DNA from: Candidatus Acidiferrum sp.
GTDB taxonomy: Bacteria > Acidobacteriota > Terriglobia > Acidiferrales > UBA7541
Direction of reading: 5' to 3'
Assembly: GCA_036497825.1 (NCBI GenBank)
Contig: DASXIT010000134.1
Location: 17,936-81,935, forward strand
Length of the DNA stretch: 64,000 bases
The notes beneath the pieces are model-generated. The model was not told the origin of the DNA and did not search any database. It was given only the letters and a program-made list of their open reading frames with translations. This document shows positions 19,397-29,935 of this stretch, piece after piece (the stretch's first letter is position 1; each line of letters starts with the position of its first letter). The position numbers and the translations under genes were made by a program.

Positions 19397-20869
19397 TTAC
19401 TGCCAACCACCGCCGAGGGCTTGATAGAGCTGCACCAGCGCGGTCAATTCATTTCCCTGAGCCTGCGCCAAAGCAAGTTCCGCGGAGAAATAGTTTGTTT
19501 CGTTGGTGAGTACTTCCAGATAGTCAGTGGTACCGGCCTTAAAGCGAAGTTCAGAGAGCTTGGCAGCGTCTTCGGCCGATTCGGCCAGGTGTTGTTCTTG
19601 AATCCTGAATTCGCGATTTTTGCGATAGGCTACAAGCGCATTCGCCACATCGCGGAAGGCCCCTTGGATTGTCTGCTGATACGTCAGGACCATTTGCTCC
19701 CGTTGGGCCTCGGCCAGCCGGACACCAGATTTGAGCCGCCCACCCTCGAAGATCGGTTGTGTCAGAGATCCCGCCAAAGTCCAAAGACCAGCCGGACCGG
19801 TAAACAGACTTGCAAGCGCGGGACTTTCAAATCCTGCTGACCCGGTCAAGGAGATCTGCGGAAAATAAGCCGCTCTGGCAACACCGATCTGCGCGTTGGC
19901 CGCGATCAGGTTGTCTTCCGCTTCACGGATGTCGGGGCGTCTTTCCAAGAGCGACGAAGGAAGGCCGACGGGTACCTCAGGAGCATGGGGTTGCTCCGTC
20001 AATTTCAAACCTCGCGGGATGTCTCCCGGATTATTTCCAAGAAGGATGCTGATGGCGTTCTCTTCCTGGGCAATTTGCCGCTCAAGGTCAGGGACCTCTG
20101 CCGCGGCCGTGAAAACCAATTGCTCGGACTGGCGTACGTCAAGCAACGAGTTGATTCCATGCTGCTCCAACACTTTGGTCAATTCCAAAGAGTCCTGGCG
20201 CGAGTTCAGTGTGTTCTTTGAGATCTCCAATTCCAGATCCAACTGACGAAGTACAAAATAGTCCGCCGCCAAGTTGGCCACCAAGATAGCGATGACTTCT
20301 TTCTGCGCCCATTCATTGGCCAGCAGAGTTGCTCTTGCCGATTCCGTCGCTCTTCGATACTTGCCCCAGAAATCGAGATTCCAAGCGGCTGATGCGGTAA
20401 TTTGCCCTTGTGTGACCTCGTAGCCGGGAATCGGGCCAACCGCAGGATTGCGCTGGCCGGCAATGTTCGCGCCGACGCCCAGTGAAGGATATTGATCGGC
20501 ACGGGTGATTCCAAGTTGTGCTTGGGCTTGTAGAACTCGCGCGGCGGCGATACGAACATCATAGTTGTTCTGCAAGGCCGCACGGATCAGCCCCTGCAGT
20601 TCCTTGTCTTGAAAGACCTCCCACCATTTCTCGTCGCCGAGCGAGCCGTTGCCAACGTCACTGGAGCCGGGCGGAGTTGTGGCCGTAGGCGCAGACTCGT
20701 TTGTCGGAGCTTCGCTGCCGGGGACCCCGCGAAAAGAACCCGGGACATTGGCGGCTGGCCTTTTGTAGTCCGGACCTACGGTGCACCCGGCCGTGCAAAG
20801 TAGAACAGCACAGACCATCGACATCGCAAAAAATCGTGAATGACCCAAGTAAGCGCGCTGCAAAGGCAT
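19397..20869 (-). CDS. NodT/OprM-family outer membrane lipoprotein (efflux channel)
   Basis: Lipobox TAGCTVGPDYKRP, WWEVF, LLERRPDIREAE, LYQALGGGW. Likely start ATG 20869. Confidence 0.9.
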   Translation of the reverse strand: MPLQRAYLGHSRFFAMSMVCAVLLCTAGCTVGPDYKRPAANVPGSFRGVPGSEAPTNESAPTATTPPGSSDVGNGSLGDEKWWEVFQDKELQGLIRAALQNNYDVRIAAARVLQAQAQLGITRADQYPSLGVGANIAGQRNPAVGPIPGYEVTQGQITASAAWNLDFWGKYRRATESARATLLANEWAQKEVIAILVANLAADYFVLRQLDLELEISKNTLNSRQDSLELTKVLEQHGINSLLDVRQSEQLVFTAAAEVPDLERQIAQEENAISILLGNNPGDIPRGLKLTEQPHAPEVPVGLPSSLLERRPDIREAEDNLIAANAQIGVARAAYFPQISLTGSAGFESPALASLFTGPAGLWTLAGSLTQPIFEGGRLKSGVRLAEAQREQMVLTYQQTIQGAFRDVANALVAYRKNREFRIQEQHLAESAEDAAKLSELRFKAGTTDYLEVLTNETNYFSAELALAQAQGNELTALVQLYQALGGGWQ

Positions 20870-20873
20870 CGCT

Positions 20874-23800
20874 CTAGTCTCCATTCTGTTCTTGCACGGC
20901 ATACGCCGGACTCGGAGCCGCCGAGTGCGCACGGCCGGCACGGGTCGACCGGAAAAACGAAAATCGATCCAGAACCTTTTCCTGAAATTCTTCAAGGTAT
21001 AAATAGATTGCGGGCGTGACGAATAACGTCACGAACTGCGAGACGATCAATCCGCCGATAACAACAAGACCTAACGGCCGGCGGGACGAACCGTCGGCGC
21101 CATAGCCCAGGGCAATCGGGAGAGCACCAAGTAAAGCGGCCATAGTCGTCATCATGATCGGCCGGAAGCGTTCCATGCTGGCATCGTGGATAGCTTGATC
21201 GTCTTTGATACCCTGGCGTACTCGTTGCTCCGCAAAATCGACGATCATGATGCCGTTCTTTTTCACGATTCCCATCAGCATGAACATTCCAATGTAGGCG
21301 TACAGCGAAGCTTCCGCCCCGAACAGCCACAGAGTCAAAAGCCCACCAACTAAGGCAACCGGCAATGAGGAGAGCACCGTGATCGGGTGCAAGTAACTTT
21401 CATAGAGAATCGCGAGAATCACGTACATCACAAATACAGCGACGAACATCAGGACGATCAGGTCCGAAACGGTGTTGCGAAATGTCAGAGCTTCTCCCTG
21501 GAGCGCGCCGTGAACGTCGGGCGGGAGAATTTGCTTGGCCGAGGCTTCGACAAAGTCAGTTGCTTGGCCTACCGTGAATCCGGGCTTCATGTTGAAGAAC
21601 AAAGTGACACTGGTGAACTGGTTGATGTGATTGACAGCTTGCGGGCCGATGATCGTATGCCAACTGGTAACGGCATTCAGAGGAATCATCCGCTGACCGT
21701 CATCGCTCTTGATGTAGAGCCGGCTCAAATCCTGCGGGTCGGATCGCTGATCGTCGGCAACCTCTAAGATGACCTGGTATTGGTCCGTAGTTTTCTTGAT
21801 CAGGTAGCTATAGTTCTGCGAATAGGCGTCGTGAAGCAGGGTAAGAATGCGCGTTTCTGAAACGCCGTAGAGCTTTGCTTGATCGCGCAGAATATCGACT
21901 TGCAAATTCGGTGTGTGATTAAAAAGATCCGAGTTCACAAACAAAAAACCCGGATACTCATACATTTTGGACATCATCTTGTCTGCGGCGTCGTACACCT
22001 GGTTTGGATCAATCCCGGAAAGAGCGTAGGCAAATTGGCCCTGCACGTTTGCGATCGCACCGGTACTAATTTCAAGCACGGGATTTGGTTGGAGGAAGGT
22101 GAGTGCACCAGGAACGGTTGACATGACTCCTCCCATAAGCTGTCCCGCTACCTGGTCAATGGGGGCGCGTTTCGATGGGTCTGTCAAAAAGGAGATGAGA
22201 AACGCCTGGTTCGAGGGCATGAACTGTCCATTTCCGCTCATCGTGAACGTGGCAGCCACCGCGGGATTCGCGTGCATGACCTTCTCGGCTTCATCTTGAT
22301 ACTTATGCATCTGTTCTGGAGAAAACCCTTCCTGCGCAACAAGTACTCCACGAATGAACGAGCTATCCCCCACGGGCAGGAACGATTTGGGAACCGTGTA
22401 AAACAGATAGCCTGTTCCTATGAGACAGATGACCCAGGCCACCGCGGAAATCCAACGATGCCGGAGAAAGAACCACAACCAACGTCCGTAGACGGTCAAC
22501 ACCCGATGTTCCGTGCCGCCGATCACCCGTTCCATCCACGTTTTCTTCGCGCCGGCACCGCGTCCCGAGAGTAGTCGTGAAGTCATCAGTGGAGTCAGCG
22601 TCAGCGATACGATGCCGCTGGCCAGAATCGAAACCACGATGGTGATGGAGAACTCGCGGAAAATTCGCCCCACCAGGCCGCTCATGAATACCAAGGGAAT
22701 GAATACGGCGGCAAGCGACAGCGTCATGGTCAAGATCGTGAAACTGATTTCTTTCGCCGAATTCAGCGACGCTTCGAGTGCATCCTGGCCTTCTTCCATC
22801 AACCGAACGGTGTTCTCCAGAAAAACGATGGCGTCGTCTACCAGGAATCCAATCGCAAGAGTAATGGCCATCAAAGACAAATTGTCCAGGCTGTAGCCAA
22901 GAATATTCATGGCAATAAAAGTAAGCAGCAGAGAGAGAGGCAACGCCACGGCAGGAATTAGCGTGTCTGTCGCACGGCCAAGGAACACGAAGATGACCAT
23001 AACAACGAGCACGAACGCGATGTAAAGGGTGGCCTGCACGTCCTTGGCGCTGGTGACGATGGTCTGCGACCGGTCATATGCGGAAACAATTCTTACCGAC
23101 GTGGGCAACTGGTTCTGGATGCTGGGAAGCAAGTCACGCACCGCTTTCGTGACTTCGACAGCATTCGCACCGGCACGACGGAAAACCGCAACAACCACCG
23201 TTGCGCCCGGTGTGGGGTATCCTCTCGCCCAGAAGCGCATATCGATGCGTTCGTCCTGCACACCCTGCTTTGCCGTCGCAACGTCCTTCAGAAAAACGGG
23301 AGCGCCATTACCCTGCCCCACAATGAGTTGGTTGTATTGCTCCGCAGTGCTCAGCTGGCCTTGTGGCTGAAGTAAGAACGTGCGATGCGGACCATCGAAT
23401 TGTCCGGCTCCGGTGTAACTCGTTCCGTTTTTAATTGCGTTGGTGAGATCTTCTAACGTGATATTGCGAGTCGCTATTGCCGATGGGTCTGCTTTGATGC
23501 GCACGGCGGATTGCGTACCGTATACCGCTACTTGGCTGACGCCGGGCAGAATGCTGATGCGCTCGCCGACTTGCGTATTCGCGTAGTCGTAGAGCTGGCC
23601 TTCTGTCGCCGTATCGCTGACCAACACTAAATACTGGATGGGCTGATCGTTGGGATTGGTTTTCGTAAACGTGGGCGGACTGGGCAGGTCGACGGGAAGT
23701 TGACCAGTCGCGCGCGTGATGGCAGCCTGAACGTCGGTCGCGGCACCGTCCAAGCTCTTCGACAAATCGAACTGAAGAACGAAGCTTGAGTGCCCCTGCC

Positions 23801-24053
23801 CATTGTTCGAGGTGACCATCTCGAGTCCCGGAATTTGCATGAACTGGCGCTCAAGCGGAGTCGCCACATTGTTCGCCATTGTTTCAGGCGTCGCGCCGGG
23901 ATAGCTCACTTGCACCTGGATGACTGGGTAGTCCACAGCCGGAAGATCGCTGACGGGCAAGCGAAAATAGGCAAATACACCGAACAGGATGACGGAGACC
24001 GTCAGAGCGACGGTCATCACCGGGCGACGAATAAATGGTTCGGAGAGGTTCAC
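20874..24053 (-). CDS. HAE1 RND efflux permease (MdtB/C-like)
   Basis: FIRRPVMT, LPVSDLPAVDYPVIQV, GFLVDDAIV, KKNGIMIVDFA, RFRPIMMTT. Confidence 0.93.
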   Translation of the reverse strand: MNLSEPFIRRPVMTVALTVSVILFGVFAYFRLPVSDLPAVDYPVIQVQVSYPGATPETMANNVATPLERQFMQIPGLEMVTSNNGQGHSSFVLQFDLSKSLDGAATDVQAAITRATGQLPVDLPSPPTFTKTNPNDQPIQYLVLVSDTATEGQLYDYANTQVGERISILPGVSQVAVYGTQSAVRIKADPSAIATRNITLEDLTNAIKNGTSYTGAGQFDGPHRTFLLQPQGQLSTAEQYNQLIVGQGNGAPVFLKDVATAKQGVQDERIDMRFWARGYPTPGATVVVAVFRRAGANAVEVTKAVRDLLPSIQNQLPTSVRIVSAYDRSQTIVTSAKDVQATLYIAFVLVVMVIFVFLGRATDTLIPAVALPLSLLLTFIAMNILGYSLDNLSLMAITLAIGFLVDDAIVFLENTVRLMEEGQDALEASLNSAKEISFTILTMTLSLAAVFIPLVFMSGLVGRIFREFSITIVVSILASGIVSLTLTPLMTSRLLSGRGAGAKKTWMERVIGGTEHRVLTVYGRWLWFFLRHRWISAVAWVICLIGTGYLFYTVPKSFLPVGDSSFIRGVLVAQEGFSPEQMHKYQDEAEKVMHANPAVAATFTMSGNGQFMPSNQAFLISFLTDPSKRAPIDQVAGQLMGGVMSTVPGALTFLQPNPVLEISTGAIANVQGQFAYALSGIDPNQVYDAADKMMSKMYEYPGFLFVNSDLFNHTPNLQVDILRDQAKLYGVSETRILTLLHDAYSQNYSYLIKKTTDQYQVILEVADDQRSDPQDLSRLYIKSDDGQRMIPLNAVTSWHTIIGPQAVNHINQFTSVTLFFNMKPGFTVGQATDFVEASAKQILPPDVHGALQGEALTFRNTVSDLIVLMFVAVFVMYVILAILYESYLHPITVLSSLPVALVGGLLTLWLFGAEASLYAYIGMFMLMGIVKKNGIMIVDFAEQRVRQGIKDDQAIHDASMERFRPIMMTTMAALLGALPIALGYGADGSSRRPLGLVVIGGLIVSQFVTLFVTPAIYLYLEEFQEKVLDRFSFFRSTRAGRAHSAAPSPAYAVQEQNGD

Positions 24054-25288
24054 GACTTACCCCTCTCTGTGTTTTCCTTGCCGCCAGATTCTGAAGACGC
24101 TGCAGGCCCAGCGTTGATCTGAACCTTGCTGCCGGGTCGAACGAGTAATTGACCCGCAAGGACAACTCGCTCGTTGGCCGCCAACCCGCTGGTGATAACC
24201 ACATCGTTTCCTTGCCGCTGGCCCAAGATCACTGGACGGAGTTCGGCCGTATCGTCGGCCTTGATCACGTACACGAAAGGCCCCTGCTGGCTGATCTGCG
24301 CGGCTTGGCTAGGAATGAGCACGGCACTTTTCTGCGTGGCCAGTACAAGTTTCACATCGACAAACTGGCCCGGCCAGAAGTGATGGTCAAGATTCGAAAT
24401 GGTGGCGCGCAAGTTCACTGTGCCAGTAGAGTTCTGCACTGCGTTATCCAAAAACTCCACCTTCCCGGCTCGTGCCATATTTTCGGTTTCGCCGGAAAGA
24501 CGAATCATTGCTTTCAACAGGCCGCCCTTCATCTGTTTTTGGACTTCAGGAAGATCACGCTCCGTAATAGTGAACGTCGCGTAGATGGGATCCAGCCGTT
24601 GAATGGAAAGAAGCGAAGTCGAATTTGCTTGCACCACATTGCCTATGTCGACAATCCGCGCGCCAGCCCGACCGTCAATCGGAGAGTGAATATAGCAATA
24701 ATCAAGATTAATTTGTGCCGTCTCAATCGCGGCCTTTGCCGCTTCTACTTGAGCCTGATTGACGTCAACCGTATTTTTCTTCGTGTCATAGTCTTGCTTG
24801 GAAATGGCCCGCGTTCCGACGAGATCTTGATCGCGAGCGAACTGAATTTTTGCGAGATCCAACGCTGCTTCGGCCTGCGCTAGGCCCGCTTGCGCGGAAT
24901 CAAGTTGTGCCTTGTAGGGACGCGGGTCAATGACGAAAAGGAGCTGCCCTTTGCTCAAATTCTCCCCATCCTGGAAGTGCCGTTCCGTAATGCGCCCCGC
25001 CACTTGAGGAGTCACTGTTACCGATTCGAATGCGACATTCTTGCCGATCTCGTCCAAATATCGCGGGACATCCTGGGAGGTCGCTTTTGTCAGGGAAACG
25101 AGTGGAGGCGGTAACCCCGCAGGTCCAGCGGCCCGTGCACTTCCGTGATTACAGGAGACACAAATCCCCAAGATTGGCAGCAAGAGAATCGAGATGAGGA
25201 CACCCTTTCGCGAAGACCATGCATTTCTCATCGAAATCATTTCGAGAGCCTTTGATTTTCGATTTGCGACGTCACCATTGAGCACCAT
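24050..25288 (-). CDS. RND periplasmic adaptor (MdtA-like)
   Basis: VTPQVAGRI, IDPRPY, IHSPIDGRAG, FWPGQFV. GTGA overlap with the permease. Start uncertain. Confidence 0.9.
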   Translation of the reverse strand: MVLNGDVANRKSKALEMISMRNAWSSRKGVLISILLLPILGICVSCNHGSARAAGPAGLPPPLVSLTKATSQDVPRYLDEIGKNVAFESVTVTPQVAGRITERHFQDGENLSKGQLLFVIDPRPYKAQLDSAQAGLAQAEAALDLAKIQFARDQDLVGTRAISKQDYDTKKNTVDVNQAQVEAAKAAIETAQINLDYCYIHSPIDGRAGARIVDIGNVVQANSTSLLSIQRLDPIYATFTITERDLPEVQKQMKGGLLKAMIRLSGETENMARAGKVEFLDNAVQNSTGTVNLRATISNLDHHFWPGQFVDVKLVLATQKSAVLIPSQAAQISQQGPFVYVIKADDTAELRPVILGQRQGNDVVITSGLAANERVVLAGQLLVRPGSKVQINAGPAASSESGGKENTERGKS

Positions 25289-25322
25289 CTCTGCCCCCCG
25301 GACTCCATATCGCTTTCAATTT

Positions 25323-25643
25323 TCAATCACTTGATGAACCCTGATTCATCACTTCCCACAGGTTGACTTGGCATTTCACCGCCAATTGCCTGAGCAAGTA
25401 TTTTGTGAAAACGCCGGCGCAGGAAAATTTCGCTCCCTCTCTCATCAACTCGAGGAGCGTATTTTCTCCCTCCTTGCTGATAGCAGTTACGTTATTCAGG
25501 TCGACGAGTAGGCTGCGCTGCTGCAACCCGTCGCCGGCAGCACTCCAAACATTCTTGAGTTCCGCAATCCACGGCTGCACCAATGCGCCTTCCAGAACCA
25601 GCCTGCGCTGGTCACGCGTTTCAATGATTGTGACCTTGAGCAT
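25323..25643 (-). CDS. Small STAS-like protein
   Basis: MLKVT...RLVLEGALVQPWIAEL...VDLNNVTAISKEG, a minimal STAS fold. ATG 25643 lies downstream of a sigma54 promoter. Confidence 0.7.
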   Translation of the reverse strand: MLKVTIIETRDQRRLVLEGALVQPWIAELKNVWSAAGDGLQQRSLLVDLNNVTAISKEGENTLLELMREGAKFSCAGVFTKYLLRQLAVKCQVNLWEVMNQGSSSD

Positions 25644-25671
25644 GTTCGTTCTTTGTGACTCAGGAACGAAG

Positions 25672-25688
25672 TGCACCTTCGATGCCAA
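25672..25688 (-). promoter_or_regulatory. sigma54 (-24/-12) promoter for the STAS-MFP-RND-OMF operon
   Basis: Minus strand TTGGCATCGAAGGTGCA, with GG and GC separated by the canonical 10 nt. Lies directly downstream of an enhancer-binding protein gene. Confidence 0.72.
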
Positions 25689-25803
25689 TCCAAAACACAC
25701 TTGTATCTTCTGCATGTGACTGAATCTTGAGGTTTAAGGAATTGCGGATTGATGACGTGTCGAAAACCGGCGAAGCATTTGTCGAAGTTGCCGAAGTTGT
25801 CGA

Positions 25804-27867
25804 CTACTTTCGAGAGTCGATTCCCAACTTCTTCATGCGGGAAATCAGAGTTGTACGCTTAATTCCCATCCGAGCCGCGGCCCCATTGGGGCCAGCCACG
25901 CGTCCTTTGGTTTCTTTTAGGACCCGGAGAATCTCTTCGCGTTCCTCGTTTGCGCGTGTTCCTTGCATCTCCACTCCGTACGTATCAGTCGCCGAGGCGG
26001 ATTTGCTCAGTTCGCTAACTGGCACCTGAAGTGCCGAGCCTTGCGTTAAAATCACGGAACGCTCAATGAAATTTTCCAACTCGCGAATATTCCCGGGCCA
26101 ATGCCAATCCGAGAGCTTCTGCATCGCGCCTGCCGGTATCGATTCTATTTGTTTTTCCATCCGGCGCCCGTACTTCTGGGTGAAATACCGAACCAACAGC
26201 GGAATATCTTCAGGCCGTTCGCGAAGCGGTGGGATCCGAATAGGAAAAACATTGAGCCGATAGTACAAATCGCTGCGGAATTCGCGATTCTCAATCATCT
26301 TCTCCAAATCCCGGTTGGTGGCGGCGATCAACCGTACATCCACCTTCTTCGTTTGCGTGCTACCCAAGCGTTCGAATTCGCGCTCCTGCAGGGCCCGAAG
26401 CAATTTCGGTTGTATCTCGGTAGGAATGTCTCCGACCTCATCAAGAAAGAGCGTCCCCGCGTCAGCGAGTTCAAGCCGCCCGATTTTTTGCGTAATTGCG
26501 CCCGTAAATGCGCCGCGCTCGTGTCCAAAAAGTTCGCTTTCCAGAAGTCCCGTGGGAATCGCGGCGCAATTCAGTTTCACAAACGTTTGATTCCGCCGTC
26601 GGCTTCGATCATGAATGGCGCGGGCAATCCGTTCTTTCCCGGTTCCTGTCTCGCCCAAAAGCAGAACCGTAGAATCGCTGGGAGCAACTGTCTCTACCAG
26701 TTTCAAAACGTGACGCAGAACTGAACTCTGGCCTATGATGCCCTCAAAATCCATTTCGCCACGAATCTCGTCTTCGAGATAAAGTTTCTCCTGAGCCAAT
26801 TTGTTTTTGAGATCGGCGATTTCACCAAACGCCAACGCGTTTTCCACTCCAATCGCTACCTGTGTTGCAACTTGCGTCAAGAAGGCCACTTCCTTCTCAT
26901 CGAAGGCGTTCTCCTCTCGCCTCGCCACTCCCAGAACTCCAAGCAGGCGATCGCGGCTGATGAGCGGAACATCACAAAACGAATGTAGGCCCTCCGCGAT
27001 GGCTTTGCTGTACATGTCGGGCGGCATGTCTGTGGGATCCAGGCGATTCACGACGATCGCTTTTCCGGTCTTGAACGCTTCGCCAGGCATCGTTCCTTCA
27101 ATGGGAGCCAAGCTCACTTCCGTGAACACTCCCCTATTCTCGGGATAGTCCAAAGCAAAAACACGCAAGTGTTTGCCGTCAGGATCCGGAAGCATGATGG
27201 CCGCCGCATCTCCACGCATGACTCGTCGAACACTAGCCGAGATGGTCCTTAGAAGTTCCTTGAATTCCAGATTGGAGACGACCTGATTGGTCAATTCCAG
27301 GATCAGCTCTAAGCGTTCCTGCGCAAGCTGCGAAGTTTGAAAATTCACGGCAGAGTCGATCGCCAACCCGACTTGATCGGCAACCACAGAGAGAAACTGT
27401 ACTTCGACTTCAGGAAACGCATGCGGACGAAAGCTTCCTACACTTAACACACCCAGGCGCCGACGGCCATTTGCAACCGGCAGGGTGCATGTGGAAGCGA
27501 TTCCTAATTCAGTCAAGAATTGTTTATGTCGGGCAAACCTTGTTTCACGATACCAATCGCAGGTTACCAGCGGACGTTGCTGTTCGTAAACCCAGGCAAT
27601 CGGTGTCTCCTCGAATGAAGAATTCTTTTGTGAAGTGCACTCTACGCGCTTGCCGTTGGCTTCCAGTAACCGCCAGGCCGGCTGATTCGTTTCTTGATCG
27701 AAGGCAACGAAATGAAGGTAGTCCAACGGGATGACGTCGCGCAGCTCTCCCGTAATCGTGAATACGCGCCCGTCGCTGTCAGACGCGGCAATCGCTTTTG
27801 TCGCCCGCAACAGTAATTCGTAACGTTGTGTGGCGGAACTGCGCTCCATTCCAGGCGCGATATTCAT
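25804..27867 (-). CDS. FhlA-like sigma54 enhancer-binding protein (GAF-GAF-AAA+-HTH)
   Basis: GETGTGKE, ELFGHERGAFTGA, LFLDEVG, FRSDLYYRLNVFPI, WPGNIRELEN, C-terminal HTH. Confidence 0.93.
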   Translation of the reverse strand: MNIAPGMERSSATQRYELLLRATKAIAASDSDGRVFTITGELRDVIPLDYLHFVAFDQETNQPAWRLLEANGKRVECTSQKNSSFEETPIAWVYEQQRPLVTCDWYRETRFARHKQFLTELGIASTCTLPVANGRRRLGVLSVGSFRPHAFPEVEVQFLSVVADQVGLAIDSAVNFQTSQLAQERLELILELTNQVVSNLEFKELLRTISASVRRVMRGDAAAIMLPDPDGKHLRVFALDYPENRGVFTEVSLAPIEGTMPGEAFKTGKAIVVNRLDPTDMPPDMYSKAIAEGLHSFCDVPLISRDRLLGVLGVARREENAFDEKEVAFLTQVATQVAIGVENALAFGEIADLKNKLAQEKLYLEDEIRGEMDFEGIIGQSSVLRHVLKLVETVAPSDSTVLLLGETGTGKERIARAIHDRSRRRNQTFVKLNCAAIPTGLLESELFGHERGAFTGAITQKIGRLELADAGTLFLDEVGDIPTEIQPKLLRALQEREFERLGSTQTKKVDVRLIAATNRDLEKMIENREFRSDLYYRLNVFPIRIPPLRERPEDIPLLVRYFTQKYGRRMEKQIESIPAGAMQKLSDWHWPGNIRELENFIERSVILTQGSALQVPVSELSKSASATDTYGVEMQGTRANEEREEILRVLKETKGRVAGPNGAAARMGIKRTTLISRMKKLGIDSRK

Positions 27868-28006
27868 GCAGTAGTTTCCAGTTCTCTACAAACTGTTCCC
27901 GAGCACGAAATTACTGTCCAGCTCCTCGGGTGAGATTGATTCTTCACGAGATCCCTCCCGATTTTACGTTTGATGTGCCTGAGGCTCGATTGGGTACCGC
28001 CCCCAC

Positions 28007-28038
28007 GACCATTCGAACGAACCTTCGAACGAATGGTC
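28007..28038. repeat. 32-nt quasi-palindrome containing two TTCGAACGAA units
   Basis: GACCATTCG-AACGAACCTTCGAA-CGAATGGTC, upstream of the FhlA-like gene. Confidence 0.7.
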
Positions 28039-28204
28039 TCGCACTGGAGAAGATCGAGTCGCCGCCGCATTGGAACTTATCTATGCAGGTATACCGGCCC
28101 TCCCTGAAGGTCACGACATGATGGTGCAGTCGGTCCGTATGTTTGCATACCAGAAGTGAAGTTGAATCACAGCACGGGGCGCAACGCGAATCGGTTTACA
28201 ATCA

Positions 28205-29695
28205 TTAACCTTTCTTTTCGTTCGCGAGTAACGCGTGAAGGCGGTGTACCGCCTTAGGCATCTCCTCAACAGCCGTGCTTGAAAACCCCAAGACGAATCC
28301 TTGACGAATATCACTGCCCAAATAATGGAGAGAAAGAGGCCATAGCCAGAGCTTCTCTGGTACAGCTTTGTGTGCAATCTTCACGTCGCTGAGTTCCTTG
28401 GGCAATATCACGACAAGGTGCATGCCCGCTTCCGCTCCAAGGATCTCCAAGGTGGATCCAAATTCCTTGCGTAGACAATTGACGAGCGCGGCCCGGCGTT
28501 CACCATAGAGCAGCCGCATCCTACGAATATGGCGCGCAAAATGGCCTTCGCTCATGAAGTCCGAAAGTACGGCCTGGTAAAAGTGCGGCGAGCCCAGATC
28601 CATAAGATTGCGGACTGTCGCAAACCGATCGACAAGATCCGGCGGCATGACAAGATAACCGATTCTCAGAGACGGGAATAAAGTCTTGCTGAAAGTTCCG
28701 ATGTAGATGACACGAGCGTTGTGGTCGAGCCCCTGCAAAGACGCGATGGGCATGCTTCCGTAACGATACTCGCTGTCGTAATCATCCTCGACAATCCAAG
28801 AGCCAGAGCTTTGTGCCCAATCGAGAAGTTGGAATCGGCGGGAAGCGCTCATCGTTGCGCCGAGCGGAAACTGGTGAGAGGGCGCCACAAAAGCAGCCCT
28901 CGCTTTGCGGCAGCGTTTGATACCGGCAGACACATCTATTCCTTCGGAATCAACGGGAACAGGCACCAGGCGAGCGCCTGCCACGATAAGCACATTTCGC
29001 GTCAACGGGTATCCCGGTTCTTCGATCCATGCGGGACTCCCGGGATCAAGAATAACTCGCGCAGAGATCTCCAGCGCTTGTTGAGAGCCGGAGACAATCA
29101 TGACCTGCTGCGGATCGCAGCGCACAGCGCGGGCAGTCCTGAGATAGGTGCAAATGCTCTCTCGCAAAGGCTCTAAACCCATCGGTCCACCGTAATACAG
29201 CCCGCTCGCATGAGGGCTACGGCAATGGCGCATCACCAGGCTAGACCATACCTGGTTCGGAAACTGATCAAAAGCTGGCTGGCTCAAGTTGAATGCCCCC
29301 AAGCCTGCTGCCCAGGGAAGCCTCTTGTACAAAGGGAGAAACAGAGAGCGTTGCGCAACTGGCCGCGAACCGGTTCGAGCGTTGTTGGATCGTGAGGCTC
29401 TGCGTTCACTTGTGGTCAGTTGGTCTGGCAGAGTACTGCACACAAAGGTTCCCGCTCCAGGACGGGACTCGAAATAACCCTCGGCCAGCAATTGAGCGTA
29501 GGCAGTGAGAACAGGAATTCGAGAGATCTTCAATTCGATAGCAAGGGCACGAGTTGATGGGATTTGCTGCCCGGCTCCCAAGATACGTTCCACAATCATG
29601 GTCTGGTACGTATCGTAAATTTGCTTGTGCAAAGGTTTGGCAGATTTTCGGTCGACGGCGATGACCGGCGACAACGTGCTTGGGACCTTCTTCAT
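28205..29695 (-). CDS. MocR/GabR family PLP-binding transcription regulator
   Basis: GntR wHTH (PSTRALA...LLAEGYF), EEPGY, EDDYDSEYRY, TFSKTLFPSLRIGY. Confidence 0.93.
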   Translation of the reverse strand: MKKVPSTLSPVIAVDRKSAKPLHKQIYDTYQTMIVERILGAGQQIPSTRALAIELKISRIPVLTAYAQLLAEGYFESRPGAGTFVCSTLPDQLTTSERRASRSNNARTGSRPVAQRSLFLPLYKRLPWAAGLGAFNLSQPAFDQFPNQVWSSLVMRHCRSPHASGLYYGGPMGLEPLRESICTYLRTARAVRCDPQQVMIVSGSQQALEISARVILDPGSPAWIEEPGYPLTRNVLIVAGARLVPVPVDSEGIDVSAGIKRCRKARAAFVAPSHQFPLGATMSASRRFQLLDWAQSSGSWIVEDDYDSEYRYGSMPIASLQGLDHNARVIYIGTFSKTLFPSLRIGYLVMPPDLVDRFATVRNLMDLGSPHFYQAVLSDFMSEGHFARHIRRMRLLYGERRAALVNCLRKEFGSTLEILGAEAGMHLVVILPKELSDVKIAHKAVPEKLWLWPLSLHYLGSDIRQGFVLGFSSTAVEEMPKAVHRLHALLANEKKG

Positions 29696-29935
29696 TAGGT
29701 AATCCTAGTGGTCATGACAATTTTGCCCAAAGTGGATATTGCTTCCAACCAGTCCTCTGCGCAAGATTCAAAATAACGATTTTGTTCTACAGGCTTCTTG
29801 TAGACCGCCGGTGCAGGCATTGGTGCAAGCGTGAATGACGCAAGGCACAAACTGCCGCAACTCAGTGTCGTGCCTCTTCGCATTCGCGCAAAAAGTTAAT
29901 CGAGAATCTGGAAGCTATAGGGGAGGGGTGAAAAA

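Noticed and set aside
24149-24883. 244-aa antisense ORF (and similar ones at 26101-26724 and 6334-7170)
   Set aside because: Shadows of well-supported genes on the opposite strand.
27864-28070. 68-aa ORF overlapping the FhlA-like start
   Set aside because: No recognisable motif, and it spans the regulatory palindrome. The stop/start overlap may be chance.
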